NCBI GenBank assembly: GCA_045538555.1
Contig: JAZSRP010000043.1
Location: 75,061-139,060 of the forward strand
Direction: 5' to 3'
DNA from: Eubacteriales bacterium
GTDB lineage: Bacteria > Bacillota > Clostridia > Oscillospirales > CAG-382
Length of the DNA: 64,000 bases
Position 1 is the first letter of the stretch, and every line of letters starts with the position of its first letter. A model generated the notes under the pieces. That model ran no database searches. It was not told the DNA's origin and saw only the letters and a program-made list of their open reading frames with translations. The translations under genes were made by a program, and so were the position numbers. Below, piece after piece: positions 1-10,114 of the stretch.

Positions 1-2880
1 GTTACGGGGCAGAAGGATAGTGTCGTTTTCAGTGATTCCGCCCTCAGCAGTGAGATTTACGGGCAGACCGTAGTCAAGGACAATATTGTCATCCTGTGCG
101 TCGTAGCTGTAAACAGCGCAAACTGCGGGATTGAAGACGGTAGGAACGTTTGTGCTCTGGTTGCGAACCGTTGCCTGATAGTAGAAAACGTCGACTCCGG
201 ATGTAACACCCGTAAACACAAAGTTGCCGTTTGCATCAACAGTTACGTTGGGGTTGACCAAGTAAGCGTCGGTGTTGCCCAGTGCGTCACAGAGTACAAA
301 GTCGGTGTTTGACGTCTCAATATAAACTGCAGCGTCTTTTTCCTGCTGGGTGAGTGAATCATTGTTTCTCAGGGATTCCTGAAGGTTTGCGATGAGGTCT
401 TCCTCAGTGATAGTGACAGATTTTCCTGTCCATTCATATACGTGGAGGGGTTCGATGGGGTACTCGAATCTCTGTACAAAACACTCTGCAAAACCGCTCA
501 GATTCTTTTGGCTTGAGACAGAAACCGCAGTGGTATCAACCTTGTTGATAAATCTCCACTCGTCTTTTCCTGTACTCGTGCTGATGTTATCCCAGTCATC
601 TTCAGGAATGGTGTAGTTAAAGCCATAGATCTCAAACGTTTCGTTGATACCAATTCCATCCTCAAGCATCTCCTCGAGAATAGATTCAGTCACGTCACCG
701 ATACCAACATACTTGATTGTTCTTCCATATTCGTTGCTCTCTGCGTCAAATTCGCGTACGCGGATGAACAAATCGGAAAAATCGGTCTCGGAGTTGAGTG
801 TGATGCTGTCTTTTGTGAGGTAAACACCAAGTTTGGGATCGCTGAAGGTCAGGTTTTCAATAGCGTCACCACCGGTGTTTTTGATGTGGAACTCATAGGT
901 AACGGGAGATTTTGCGTCGATATAAGCACCTTGAGCAAGAGCTGCACCGTGCTGATACGCAAGTTTGTCAGTAACGATGGAGGGGTCAACGACCTTGATG
1001 TTGGTCTCGATACCAAAGTTTGCTGCGGTACCGTGGCGCTCCATGTAGAAAAAGTCAAAATCGTATACGCCGCCGTCCTGCATTCCAAGAACAGCTGCAA
1101 CGTCGTTGAGTGAGATAGTACATGCAGAGATAGAGTGTGCGCCGCCGAGGTCAAGTACACGGGTACCGTCAATATAGAGGTACACGTCATCGTCACCGGT
1201 AAAGGTGAAGTACAGGTTGTCAGCGGTGTTGTAAACGAACTTTCCGTGGCCCTCAAGTGTCAGGTTGTAGTTGGTTTTTTCATAATAAGTACCGTTGCCG
1301 GTATCAATATATGAAATAGCGTTGTCCTCATAAACGTTTCCGTTTCTGCCGTATCCGTAATCAACACCGTCAACGTACAGGGGGTTGAACGTCCACTCGG
1401 GCTGCTTGTGACCTCTGGTGTATACGTCATTTCCACTATCGTCGACACGCGCAGTAATGTTGTCGGTCTGCGTGTTGTAGATAATACCGTTTACAGGATC
1501 GTATACGGTGTCATCATAAGCGGAGTTGAAAACGTATTTTACTGTTCCGTCATCGTTCTGCACTTCCTTGAGGTTGATGTACTCATACTCGTCAACAACG
1601 GTACCGTAACCGTCATTGTCGGTAAAAGTACTGTGCATAATAAAGTATGCTATCTCGTAGTAGGTAGTGCAATCGGTGGGTTTGGTCAGTCCGCCTGCCT
1701 CAAATTTTGCCTTTGCTTTTGTATATCCATACTCAACGTAGCCGTTGAGACCGGCTTTTTCGATACTGTCACGGAATACCTGCGCAAGATCCTTTGTACC
1801 TGCAATAGGTCCCACAAACTCACCTGCATCATTGTACAGCTTGGCACCCATGATAAAATAGTTGTTGACGGAGCCGTCATCGTTCTCATAGTCTACCTGG
1901 AGCATTTGCTGCAACAGCGCTGCCATATAGTCAACTGCAGTTGAGATATACACGGGCTTTCCGTTTGCGCCAAGAGTTGACTCAACAAGGTCAGGACGGA
2001 TCAGACCGCCATGAGCAGTCTGTGTGATGCCGCTGTTGAGTACAACAGCAAGATCCTCGGGAACATCGGAACTGTTGTAAGTGCCGTTGTTGATATACTG
2101 AGATCCGGTAATCGAGCCGGCATTGCCGGGCAGATTATTGAGATATGAATTGTCGTTTGTCTGCAACAGACCAAAACCAAGGTTATTTGCCTGGTGCATG
2201 GTAGGGGCATCGCCCTGTGTGTTTTGATAGAGGTAAATGTAGGAATCAGTACCGGCAACGTAACCGCTGACATCGATTTTTGAATAATCACCGACGCCGG
2301 TGGTACGCGAGGAAACGAATCCTGCATCATTGTATACGGGCACACCGATATTTGAACTGGTGATCTGAGAAAGAGCAGTGTAGCCGCCTGTTGTATCACC
2401 CACCCAACACCAGATGGCATAGGTTGCCATACAGTTTGTATCGGTCATGATTTGAGTGTATACATCTTTGGTTGATCCGTTTTCAAAAACGTACAGGATA
2501 TTTCCGGAACCGTCAACGATGATACAAATCCACCATTCATAAGAATCGGGAAGAGAGGTTCCGAATGTGGAGCTATATCCAACAACACGCACTCCGCTAT
2601 AAGAGTTCTCGCTCCAAGTATCGGTGTTATATGAGCCGGGATAAACCGCTGTTGTTGAGTAATTAACCGACTCATATGTGGTATTTGCGGAGATTTCATT
2701 CCACTCAAAGAACATACCGTCTGCGGCATAGTCACGCAGAGTGATAGGGAATGAAAGATAATTTGCTCCGTCACTCAGGGCACTTGTGGAATCGGCCGCA
2801 AGAGACGAGAGAGCAAACGCAGGGATGATTGACACTATCATCAAAAACGACAACAGTGCCGAGATAATGCGTTTTTTCAT
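1..2880 (-). CDS. Large secreted protein with fibro-slime (PA14-like) domain; partial, C-terminus lies beyond the window's left edge
   Basis: My own translation from the ATG at 2880 (complement) gives 960 codons with no stop down to position 1. It is missing from the ORF track because no stop falls in the window, and all listed ORFs here are in other frames. The N-terminal signal peptide is MKKRIISALLSFLMIVSIIPAFA. FTFTGDDDVYLYIDGTRVLDLGGAH...YDFDFFYMERHGTAANF matches the fibro-slime domain signature. Confidence 0.8.
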   Translation of the reverse strand, partial: MKKRIISALLSFLMIVSIIPAFALSSLAADSTSALSDGANYLSFPITLRDYAADGMFFEWNEISANTTYESVNYSTTAVYPGSYNTDTWSENSYSGVRVVGYSSTFGTSLPDSYEWWICIIVDGSGNILYVFENGSTKDVYTQIMTDTNCMATYAIWCWVGDTTGGYTALSQITSSNIGVPVYNDAGFVSSRTTGVGDYSKIDVSGYVAGTDSYIYLYQNTQGDAPTMHQANNLGFGLLQTNDNSYLNNLPGNAGSITGSQYINNGTYNSSDVPEDLAVVLNSGITQTAHGGLIRPDLVESTLGANGKPVYISTAVDYMAALLQQMLQVDYENDDGSVNNYFIMGAKLYNDAGEFVGPIAGTKDLAQVFRDSIEKAGLNGYVEYGYTKAKAKFEAGGLTKPTDCTTYYEIAYFIMHSTFTDNDGYGTVVDEYEYINLKEVQNDDGTVKYVFNSAYDDTVYDPVNGIIYNTQTDNITARVDDSGNDVYTRGHKQPEWTFNPLYVDGVDYGYGRNGNVYEDNAISYIDTGNGTYYEKTNYNLTLEGHGKFVYNTADNLYFTFTGDDDVYLYIDGTRVLDLGGAHSISACTISLNDVAAVLGMQDGGVYDFDFFYMERHGTAANFGIETNIKVVDPSIVTDKLAYQHGAALAQGAYIDAKSPVTYEFHIKNTGGDAIENLTFSDPKLGVYLTKDSITLNSETDFSDLFIRVREFDAESNEYGRTIKYVGIGDVTESILEEMLEDGIGINETFEIYGFNYTIPEDDWDNISTSTGKDEWRFINKVDTTAVSVSSQKNLSGFAECFVQRFEYPIEPLHVYEWTGKSVTITEEDLIANLQESLRNNDSLTQQEKDAAVYIETSNTDFVLCDALGNTDAYLVNPNVTVDANGNFVFTGVTSGVDVFYYQATVRNQSTNVPTVFNPAVCAVYSYDAQDDNIVLDYGLPVNLTAEGGITENDTILLPRN

Positions 2881-2927
2881 AATTAACTCCTTTTTTATGT
2901 GAAATTATTTATTTTTCAAAATTGAGT

Positions 2928-3320
2928 TCAAAAATCAAGGTATGAGTCGCACATCAATCGGTTGAGAAATTCATACACATCGGCAGAAGCCACAGAAACG
3001 GATATATCATACTCATTCAGCAGTGCGGACAACAATTGAGGAAACGTTGCTCCCTCTGTCAGCAGCTGCCACAAAAAAGCACCAACGGGATTGAGCACAG
3101 ACGTCTGGGGAACCGTAGTGTCCTTTGGACCAACGGGAACAACAATGCTCTCGCCAAAAAAATCACGCAGGACGTACCCGGATCTGAGCTTGTATGAGGG
3201 ATATGTGTCAGCAACACCGCTGCCTTTTGCAATGCGGTGTACCTCCTCGGCCGTCATCACTGACAGCGACTCCCACTCAGCGCCTATCTTTTGTTGGGAA
3301 GCAGGGGATTTGTCGGCCAA
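2928..3320 (-). CDS. PqqD-family (RiPP-recognition-element-like) small protein
   Basis: 130 aa. YKLRSGYVLRDFFGESIVVPVG...NPVGAFLWQLLTEGATFPQLLSALLNEYDISVSVASADVYEFLNRL resembles the PqqD/PF05402 pattern. It is co-oriented with and directly upstream of the fibro-slime gene. Confidence 0.55.
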   Translation of the reverse strand: MADKSPASQQKIGAEWESLSVMTAEEVHRIAKGSGVADTYPSYKLRSGYVLRDFFGESIVVPVGPKDTTVPQTSVLNPVGAFLWQLLTEGATFPQLLSALLNEYDISVSVASADVYEFLNRLMCDSYLDF

Positions 3321-3574
3321 AAAGTATCACCACACAGTGTCGATATTTGTTAAATGTAATATTATCACATACTACTCCATCTAACATTCGGTCCATTATA
3401 CCACTTATAGATATAATATTCAAGGGGTATTTCAAAAAAATATTGATTTTTTCACGTTTTCTTGTATTTTTATCCTTATTTTTCCTTTGTTGATCGATGC
3501 AAATTTTTTACAAAAAGTTTTCAAATCACATTTGATCCACGGCTTTTCTTTCTGAATTGTTTTTTTAATTCCTG

Positions 3575-3603
3575 TTTACAAATATTTTTTTGTGTGGTAT
3601 AAT
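3575..3603 (+). promoter_or_regulatory. Sigma-A type promoter for the AI-2E transporter gene
   Basis: TTTACA (3575-3580), a 17 nt spacer, then TATAAT (3598-3603) preceded by TGg as an extended -10. It lies about 40 nt upstream of the start codon. Confidence 0.55.
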
Positions 3604-3643
3604 TTGAAAAACAATGATTTTTCTTGTTTTTTTGAGGTGAAAA

Positions 3644-4972
3644 ATGTCTGACAGGAATCAAAACAACAAAAAAACAGATTTTCGGGTTGTTGCCATATTT
3701 GGTATCTGCATAGCGGCTTTTATGCTTTTTTTGAGCATTGATCTCATCAGAGGGATATTTTCTTGGATCGGCAGTGTATTGAGCCCTGCCTTTCTTGGTA
3801 TTGCGATGGCATTTGTCATCAACCCGCTCTATTCTTGGCTCAACAAAAAGTTTCTGGCGCTGTTTACAAAAAGACGCACATCCACAAGAACGATCCGGCG
3901 CACGGCAAAAGCGCTTTCGGTCATACTGGCAGTTTTGTTACTGTTATCCATCATCGTTTTGCTTTTGTTCCTCATTATACCTGAGTTTCTCAAGAGTTTA
4001 AAAATACTCATCGACCGCATCCCCGAGCTTGTTGAGGACGTATCGGTTTGGTTTGAGACTCAGAGAAGCTCCGACAGTGAGTTCCTCAACAATTTTGGAA
4101 ACTATATCGACACTATTATCAATCGTTTTAACGAATGGCTGAACAACGAGCTCAGCGGTGCAATCGAGGGGATTCTTTCTTTTGCCACAAGCGGTGTAAT
4201 CAGCGTTGTCGCTTTCCTGTTTGATTTTATCATCGCAACCGTAGTTTGTGTCTATGCCCTCATTGAAAAAAACAATTTTATCGCCCAGACAAAAAAGCTG
4301 ATCCTCGCATTCTTTTCAAAAGAACGCGCAAACGATATTTTTGCCACAGCACGGTATGCCAACGAGGTTTTTGGAGAATTTGTTTCCGGAAAAATCATCA
4401 CCTCTGCCATTGTGGGGGTCATAACATTTCTGTTTATGACGGTCATGGGCATGCCCTATGCTTTGTTGTCAAGCGTTATACTGGGTATCACAAACATTAT
4501 TCCATTTTTCGGACCTTTCATCGGCGGAGTTCCCACAGCATTTATCGTTCTCATCACCGAGCCGCGGCAGGGCATCATATACGTCATATACATGATAGTT
4601 CTGCAACAGGTGGAGGGCAATATTATCGAGCCCGCCATCATGGAGGACAAGACTGGCGTAAGCAAGTTTTGGGTAACGGTGGCATTGCTTTTCTTTGGAG
4701 GAATGTTTGGCGTGGGCGGAATGATTATTTCCGTGCCTCTGTTTGCCGTTTTGTTCTATATCATCAAAGAAATTGTCAACCGCAAATTGACTGCAAAAGG
4801 TTTTCCCACTGATGGCACAAAGTACATTTCCCTGGGATACGTTGACTGTGATACAAACGAGTTTTTGGAGTCCAAAAGGGAAACTGATCAGGAAACGTTT
4901 AAAAAAATCAAGGCTCGTGTAAAGGAATTGCGCCAAAAAAGAAAAGAAAAAAAGCAAAAGAAAAAGAAATAA
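3644..4972 (+). CDS. AI-2E family transporter (PerM/UPF0118) with lysine-rich C-terminal tail
   Basis: 442 aa polytopic membrane protein. NIIPFFGPFIGGVPTAFIVL...QQVEGNIIEPAIM is typical of the AI-2E family. The tail is KELRQKRKEKKQKKKK. Confidence 0.8.
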   Translation: MSDRNQNNKKTDFRVVAIFGICIAAFMLFLSIDLIRGIFSWIGSVLSPAFLGIAMAFVINPLYSWLNKKFLALFTKRRTSTRTIRRTAKALSVILAVLLLLSIIVLLLFLIIPEFLKSLKILIDRIPELVEDVSVWFETQRSSDSEFLNNFGNYIDTIINRFNEWLNNELSGAIEGILSFATSGVISVVAFLFDFIIATVVCVYALIEKNNFIAQTKKLILAFFSKERANDIFATARYANEVFGEFVSGKIITSAIVGVITFLFMTVMGMPYALLSSVILGITNIIPFFGPFIGGVPTAFIVLITEPRQGIIYVIYMIVLQQVEGNIIEPAIMEDKTGVSKFWVTVALLFFGGMFGVGGMIISVPLFAVLFYIIKEIVNRKLTAKGFPTDGTKYISLGYVDCDTNEFLESKRETDQETFKKIKARVKELRQKRKEKKQKKKK

Positions 4973-4997
4973 CAAAAAAAGAAATAACAAAAAAATT

Positions 4998-5029
4998 GAC
5001 CGATGCTTTTGGCGTCGGTCATATTTTTT
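4998..5029 (+). terminator. Rho-independent terminator after the AI-2E transporter gene
   Basis: GACCGATGC-TTTTG-GCGTCGGTC hairpin (one G-U pair) followed by ATATTTTTT. Confidence 0.65.
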
Positions 5030-5081
5030 CAAATTTTGCATAGAATATCGTTATAAAAATGCATTTTTTGGGGTTGATAAT

Positions 5082-5510
5082 TTGGCTGATGGATTTTCTG
5101 TTTTGCTGCTGGGGTTTGAGAATCGGTTTTTAAAGAAGATGCCGGCAGGAGAGTATGACATTTTTCCAAAACGTGAATTTTATGACCTGATCGCCGTTAG
5201 TGAAAAAGGAAATTTTGAGCCCTGTTTTGTTGCCGCAGAAACTTTGCTTTGTCCCCAAAACTGCCATGTTTCCGACGGGCTCAAATGCTCTGTTTGCGTC
5301 ACTTGCGGCATGAGCAGAATGAGCACGCTTTCTTTTTCGTCGGTGCGATATGACAGCGCAATGCTTTCGCTCAGCAGACGAATCGATACAAAATGGTTTT
5401 CTTTGATGCAGGGTGATTGCAACGTGATCTACAATCATGATCTGACTTTGTACGAAAACCTTGTACTGCAAGGACTCAATATGATAAAAAAATGCATTGA
5501 CTGCCAATAA
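5082..5510 (+). CDS. Hypothetical Cys-rich protein
   Basis: 142 aa ORF with a TTG start at 5082 (alternative ATG at 5139), followed by a hairpin terminator. I recognised no family. Confidence 0.35.
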   Translation: MADGFSVLLLGFENRFLKKMPAGEYDIFPKREFYDLIAVSEKGNFEPCFVAAETLLCPQNCHVSDGLKCSVCVTCGMSRMSTLSFSSVRYDSAMLSLSRRIDTKWFSLMQGDCNVIYNHDLTLYENLVLQGLNMIKKCIDCQ

Positions 5511-5514
5511 GGAA

Positions 5515-5539
5515 GACCGGTATTTTGTAAATACCGGTC
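5515..5539. terminator. Hairpin between convergent genes (ORF142 and glyA)
   Basis: GACCGGTAT-TTTGTAA-ATACCGGTC, a perfect 9 bp stem. A T-rich run follows on the plus strand. Confidence 0.6.
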
Positions 5540-5546
5540 CGTTGTT

Positions 5547-6785
5547 TTATTCGTATATGGGATGAGCAGAGCAGAGCTTGTCAACCTCGGAAATGATATA
5601 ATCCTTGCTGTTTTCAAAATCGGTTGCAGTGAGCTTGATGAGCTTTGCAATGGTGACCATATCGTTTTCTTTGAAGCCACGGGAAGTGACAGCGGGTGTA
5701 CCAACGCGGATTCCGCTGGTGATCGTGGGCTTTTGAGGATCGTTGGGGATGGCGTTTTTGTTGACAGTGATGTGAACCTCGTCAAGATTGTGCTCCAGTT
5801 CTTTGCCTGTTACACCCATGCTGCGCAGATCAATCAAAATGAGGTGATTGTCGGTACCGCCTGAAACAAGGTCAAATCCCTCATCAATCAGTGCTTTTTC
5901 AAGCGCTTTTGCATTTTTTGCAATCTGCTGCTGATATGCTTTGAAATCATCAGAAAGCGCTTCGCCAAAAGCAACGGCTTTTGCGGCGATAATATGCTCA
6001 AGAGGGCCTCCCTGTGTACCGGGGAAGATAGCTTTGTCGATCTGCTTTGCATACTGTTCCTTGCAGAGAATGAGACCACCTCTTGGGCCGCGCAGCGTTT
6101 TGTGAGTAGTGGTAGTCACAACGTCGGCGTAGGGAACAGGACTGGGGTGCACTCCCGCGGCAACAAGACCTGCAATATGAGCCATATCAACCATCATAAT
6201 TGCACCAACCTTGTCACAAATCTCACGGCAACGTGCAAAATCAATCACTCTGGGGTAAGCGCTTGCACCGATAACTACAAGTTTGGGCTTGTTTTCTATC
6301 GCAAGACGCTCCATCTCATCATAATTGATAAGGTGTGTTTCAGAATCAACACCATATGAAACAACGTTGAAATATTTTCCGGAAATGTTTACGGGAGAAC
6401 CGTGGGAAAGATGGCCGCCATGTGCAAGATTCATGCCCAAAACGGTATCACCCGGCTGAAGAAAAGCAAAGAAAACAGCAAGATTTGCGCTTGCACCACA
6501 GTGCGGCTGAACGTTTGCATGTTCTGCACCAAAGAGCTTTTTGGCACGCTCAATGGCAATGAGCTCAACTTTGTCAACCTCTTCGCACCCGCCATAATAT
6601 CTGTGAGCGGGGTAGCCCTCAGCGTATTTGTTTGTCAAAACGGTACCTGCAGCAGCAAGAACACCTTCACTGACGATGTTTTCGCTGGCAATAAGCTCTA
6701 TGTTTCTTTTTTGTCTTTTGAGCTCGGATTCAACAGCAGTTGCAACCTCGGGATCCACTTTGTACAGAAACTCAATGTTCTTCAT
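5547..6785 (-). CDS. glyA: Serine hydroxymethyltransferase
   Basis: 412 aa. [42 protein letters not shown] and the PLP site [14 protein letters not shown] are unmistakable SHMT signatures. Confidence 0.97.
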   Translation of the reverse strand: MKNIEFLYKVDPEVATAVESELKRQKRNIELIASENIVSEGVLAAAGTVLTNKYAEGYPAHRYYGGCEEVDKVELIAIERAKKLFGAEHANVQPHCGASANLAVFFAFLQPGDTVLGMNLAHGGHLSHGSPVNISGKYFNVVSYGVDSETHLINYDEMERLAIENKPKLVVIGASAYPRVIDFARCREICDKVGAIMMVDMAHIAGLVAAGVHPSPVPYADVVTTTTHKTLRGPRGGLILCKEQYAKQIDKAIFPGTQGGPLEHIIAAKAVAFGEALSDDFKAYQQQIAKNAKALEKALIDEGFDLVSGGTDNHLILIDLRSMGVTGKELEHNLDEVHITVNKNAIPNDPQKPTITSGIRVGTPAVTSRGFKENDMVTIAKLIKLTATDFENSKDYIISEVDKLCSAHPIYE

Positions 6786-6893
6786 ACCTACTCCTTATAA
6801 TATAAACATTAAACTTTAACAATTTTAGGATACCATAGTTACAGTTGATTTTCAAGAAAAATCGCATACAATAAAAATTTTTGTCATTTTGCG

Positions 6894-6927
6894 CAAAAAA
6901 AGACCGCCCAATACATCACGGGCGGTC
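6894..6927 (-). terminator. Rho-independent terminator after the solute-binding lipoprotein gene
   Basis: On the minus strand, GACCGCCC-GTGATGTATT-GGGCGGTC is followed by a T-run (plus-strand A-run 6895-6901). Confidence 0.75.
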
Positions 6928-6950
6928 AAAGTGACAAAGATATTCAGTAA

Positions 6951-8477
6951 TCAGTCTTCTTTGTAAAACTCTTCAAGAGTCGAATCAAGAGCGTTCTGAA
7001 TCACATCCTCGATAGACTGGTAGGTAGAAGCAAATGTCTGCTGTCCGCTGAAAGCAACCGTGTTCATGAAAGAACCGATGCTGTTTGTATCATAGACGCT
7101 GGTACCGCCCCAGTTGAATACTACGCCAAGGTCATATACACGGCTGTCAAAGATGAGATTGAGCATTTCTTCGCTCTCATCGTCTTTGATATTGCGGCCC
7201 TTCATAATAACATCATAGTAAGCATACTTGGTGGTATCGGTAGATGCCTCACAAAGTGCCTGAGCAATGATGGACGCCTTCTCGGGCTCTGCGTTGGAAG
7301 AGGGAATAGCTACGCAGGTAGCATACAGTGTAGATACAAAGGAATAATAATCATCCTGCTGTGCGCTGAACTTGGGAATGGGCAGTACGCCGTAGTCGCA
7401 GTCATATTTGGAGCCGAGGTCAACAATATCGATGATGGACATTGCGCGGAACATTGTGCGGTTGTTTCCAACAGAATCGGTAGCTGCTTTCCAGTGACCG
7501 GAAACATCTCCGCCGGAGGTAGAGCTGATATAGAATCCGCTTGTGGTAGAGTCAATCTTGCCGGTGCAGTTTGAATCGTTTACAAGGTCAAAGATCTTGC
7601 TAAACACGGTAACCGAAGACTCAGAATCTACAGAAATAAAAGGAATATCATCAGCATCTTTGTCAGTGAGGCGCTCACCGCATCCGACAAACATGGATGT
7701 AACAAAGTTGGAGTTGACAAGGAATCCGTATGTATCGGTGTTTGACATTCCGGTAACGCCGTCAGAATCCTTGGTGACGTTCTTTGACATCTCACGGAGC
7801 TTGTCAATAGTCCAATCACCGCTTTCGACCAGATCGTAGGGATTTTCAAGACCATAGTTTGTGATCATAGTCTTGTTAAATACGATTGCGTGTGTGCAAG
7901 CAAAGGTCAAAAGGCTGATATCGCCCGTTACAAAGTAGTTTTTGTTGTTGATGGAGAGACCCTCGGTAGCATTTTTGTCCCAGCAGGGGTTGTCAAGATT
8001 GATATAGGGATAATCGTTGACAAGATAAAACATATCCTCAAGTGCAAGAGTAGCAGCATCGGGGATATAGGGCATGACCAGATCATACTCGTCTGTGAAG
8101 GACATACATGCCTCACGGATAAGTGCCATCATTTTTTGATCGGCAGTAGAACGAATCTCTGCGATTTTTACGCCAAACCTTTCCTCAACAAGCTCGTTTC
8201 TTGTACGAATGTTGTCGTTGAGAACCTCGGGCGAAGTCTCCTGCTCCATGATCTCGCAGGATGTGTAGCCTGCATTGCTGCCTTCCTCACCGGGAACAAG
8301 AATGGTGAACTCCTCGCCGCCGTAGTTAACTTCGGGAAGCCCGCTGAAAAGCTCGTTGGTCTGAGTGCTTGAGCCGGTGGTAGATGAGGTATCTTCCTCG
8401 TCCTTGCATGCGGCAAAAGCTGTCAGTGACATGATGAGAATCATGACCAACGAAATGATGCGAAGTGTAAGTTTCAT
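6951..8477 (-). CDS. Extracellular solute-binding lipoprotein (ABC-type, family 1-like), orphan
   Basis: About 508 aa. The ATG at 8477 has an AAGAGG RBS (the track's TTG start is 6 nt upstream). The signal peptide has the lipobox LTAFAAC followed by an S/T-rich linker. Size and composition resemble LplA-type sugar-binding proteins. No permease or ATPase genes are adjacent. Confidence 0.6.
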   Translation of the reverse strand: MKLTLRIISLVMILIMSLTAFAACKDEEDTSSTTGSSTQTNELFSGLPEVNYGGEEFTILVPGEEGSNAGYTSCEIMEQETSPEVLNDNIRTRNELVEERFGVKIAEIRSTADQKMMALIREACMSFTDEYDLVMPYIPDAATLALEDMFYLVNDYPYINLDNPCWDKNATEGLSINNKNYFVTGDISLLTFACTHAIVFNKTMITNYGLENPYDLVESGDWTIDKLREMSKNVTKDSDGVTGMSNTDTYGFLVNSNFVTSMFVGCGERLTDKDADDIPFISVDSESSVTVFSKIFDLVNDSNCTGKIDSTTSGFYISSTSGGDVSGHWKAATDSVGNNRTMFRAMSIIDIVDLGSKYDCDYGVLPIPKFSAQQDDYYSFVSTLYATCVAIPSSNAEPEKASIIAQALCEASTDTTKYAYYDVIMKGRNIKDDESEEMLNLIFDSRVYDLGVVFNWGGTSVYDTNSIGSFMNTVAFSGQQTFASTYQSIEDVIQNALDSTLEEFYKED

Positions 8478-8588
8478 TTCCAAACCTCTTTTCGTTGATG
8501 GTGGGTGGTGTGCATAAGCACATAAAAATACTAATTAATTATACTGCAAAATGTGATTTTGTCAAGGCGTTTTTTATTATTCTTTTCT

Positions 8589-8617
8589 TTGACAAAAGAA
8601 TTTGTGTATGTTATAAT
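8589..8617 (+). promoter_or_regulatory. Sigma-A type promoter for the phoH-ybeY-era-recO-mutS2 block
   Basis: Consensus TTGACA (8589-8594), a 17 nt spacer, then TGtTATAAT (extended -10, TATAAT at 8612-8617). Confidence 0.65.
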
Positions 8618-8664
8618 AAATAATTGAAAAACAAGCAAGTAATTTTGTTAAAAGGAAATACCGT

Positions 8665-9669
8665 ATGTTTGAAAAATCTCTTGCAAATATGTCAATGGAT
8701 TTTGTGCTCAAGCTCTTTGGAACGCTTGATACAAATATTGACAATATCGAAAGCGCATTTTCTGTCACCATTTCAAGCCGTGACGGCGATATTCGTATTA
8801 GCGGAGAAAACGCAGAAAATGTAAACATGGCAGCTGCATGTATTCAGCAATTGGAACGTATCAGTGCCATGTCCGACACAATTGAAGAAAACAATGTGAA
8901 TTACGTTATATCTATGGTGAAGGAAGAAAAACAGGAAGAGCTTTCTGCCATTTATGACGATTGTATCTGCCTCACTAACAAAGGAAAACCCATCAAAGCA
9001 AAAACCGTTGGTCAACAGCGATACGTAGATGAGATATCAAAAAATTCCATAATATTTGGAGTAGGCCCTGCCGGAACGGGAAAAACATTTCTTGCCGTCG
9101 CTATGGCAGTTACGGCACTCAAGAAAAAACAAGTCGCTCGTATCGTGCTCACCAGACCTGCTGTAGAGGCAGGAGAAAAACTGGGATTTCTTCCCGGTGA
9201 CCTGCAAAGCAAAATAGACCCGTATCTCAGACCGCTGTATGATGCTCTGGGCGAAATGCTCGGCAGCGAAAGCTTTGCAAAGTATACCGAAAAAGGCATT
9301 ATTGAGATCGCACCGCTTGCGTACATGAGAGGAAGAACACTTGATGATGCTTTTATCATTCTGGACGAGGCACAAAATACCACACCCGAACAAATGAAAA
9401 TGTTTCTCACCCGTCTTGGCAACAATAGCAAAGCCATTGTCACCGGCGACGTTACGCAGATCGATTTGCCTTTTATCAAAAAAAGCGGTTTGATAGATGC
9501 TCTTGAAATTTTGGCTGACATCAAAGGAATCAGTATTTTCAAATTCACACACAAAGACGTGGTTCGGCATCCTCTTGTTCAAAAAATCATACTTGCATAC
9601 GAAAAAAGGGCAATAAGCCAGCGAACTGAACCGAGCCAAAAAACTTATTTCCGCAGGAGCAAAAAATGA
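8665..9669 (+). CDS. phoH: PhoH-family ATPase (YbeZ-like)
   Basis: 334 aa. Walker A GVGPAGTGKTFLAVAMAV and LTRPAVEAGEKLGFLPGDLQSKIDPYLRPLYDAL are present. It sits in the conserved phoH-ybeY-era arrangement. Confidence 0.93.
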   Translation: MFEKSLANMSMDFVLKLFGTLDTNIDNIESAFSVTISSRDGDIRISGENAENVNMAAACIQQLERISAMSDTIEENNVNYVISMVKEEKQEELSAIYDDCICLTNKGKPIKAKTVGQQRYVDEISKNSIIFGVGPAGTGKTFLAVAMAVTALKKKQVARIVLTRPAVEAGEKLGFLPGDLQSKIDPYLRPLYDALGEMLGSESFAKYTEKGIIEIAPLAYMRGRTLDDAFIILDEAQNTTPEQMKMFLTRLGNNSKAIVTGDVTQIDLPFIKKSGLIDALEILADIKGISIFKFTHKDVVRHPLVQKIILAYEKRAISQRTEPSQKTYFRRSKK

Positions 9670-10112
9670 TACGAATATATTTTGAAAAACTCACCGATGA
9701 TATTCCGAGAATCTATGAGACGCTCATGAAGCGTGTTGTTAGAAAGATAGTGCACGAGATGTACCCCGAGCATCGGTTTGAAGTTAACATAACCATCTGT
9801 GATGATGCCTATATTCATCAGCTCAACAAAGAACACAGGGGGATTGACCGTCCTACAGACGTGCTTTCGTTTCCTTTTTTTGATTTTGATTCACCCGACA
9901 GATACGTACTGCTTGGGGACATAATTATTTCACGAGACACAGCGTACAGGCAGGCAGAAGAATACGGTCACTCTGCAAAAAGAGAATTTTGCTTCCTGGC
10001 TGCGCATTCTGCTCTGCATCTTCTTGGATATGACCATGAAAATGATGATGAAAGAGAAAAAATGGAATCAAAGCAAAAAGAAATACTTGACGATATGGGA
10101 ATCAAGAGGTAG
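9666..10112 (+). CDS. ybeY: rRNA maturation endoribonuclease YbeY
   Basis: 148 aa with the zinc motif HSALHLLGYDHE. Its start overlaps the phoH stop in an ATGA overlap. Confidence 0.93.
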   Translation: MIRIYFEKLTDDIPRIYETLMKRVVRKIVHEMYPEHRFEVNITICDDAYIHQLNKEHRGIDRPTDVLSFPFFDFDSPDRYVLLGDIIISRDTAYRQAEEYGHSAKREFCFLAAHSALHLLGYDHENDDEREKMESKQKEILDDMGIKR

Positions 10113-10114
10113 AT

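Noticed and set aside
57-2774. Many 60-178 aa ORFs on both strands listed in the track across 1-2880
   Set aside because: All are out of frame with a single uninterrupted 960-codon minus-strand reading frame that carries a signal peptide and a fibro-slime domain. Their translations are low-complexity (T/S/V/L-rich), as expected for off-frame reads of a real gene.
4930-4996. A/G-rich simple repeat, including GAAATAACAAAAAAA twice
   Set aside because: It is mostly the coding sequence for the poly-Lys tail of the transporter plus its immediate 3' flank. It is low complexity, not an array or a mobile-element end.
4469-5041. 190 aa minus-strand ORF overlapping the 3' end of the AI-2E transporter gene
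   Set aside because: It is an antisense artefact. Its N-terminus is a poly-F/L translation of the lysine-codon-rich tail, and it crosses the terminator hairpin.
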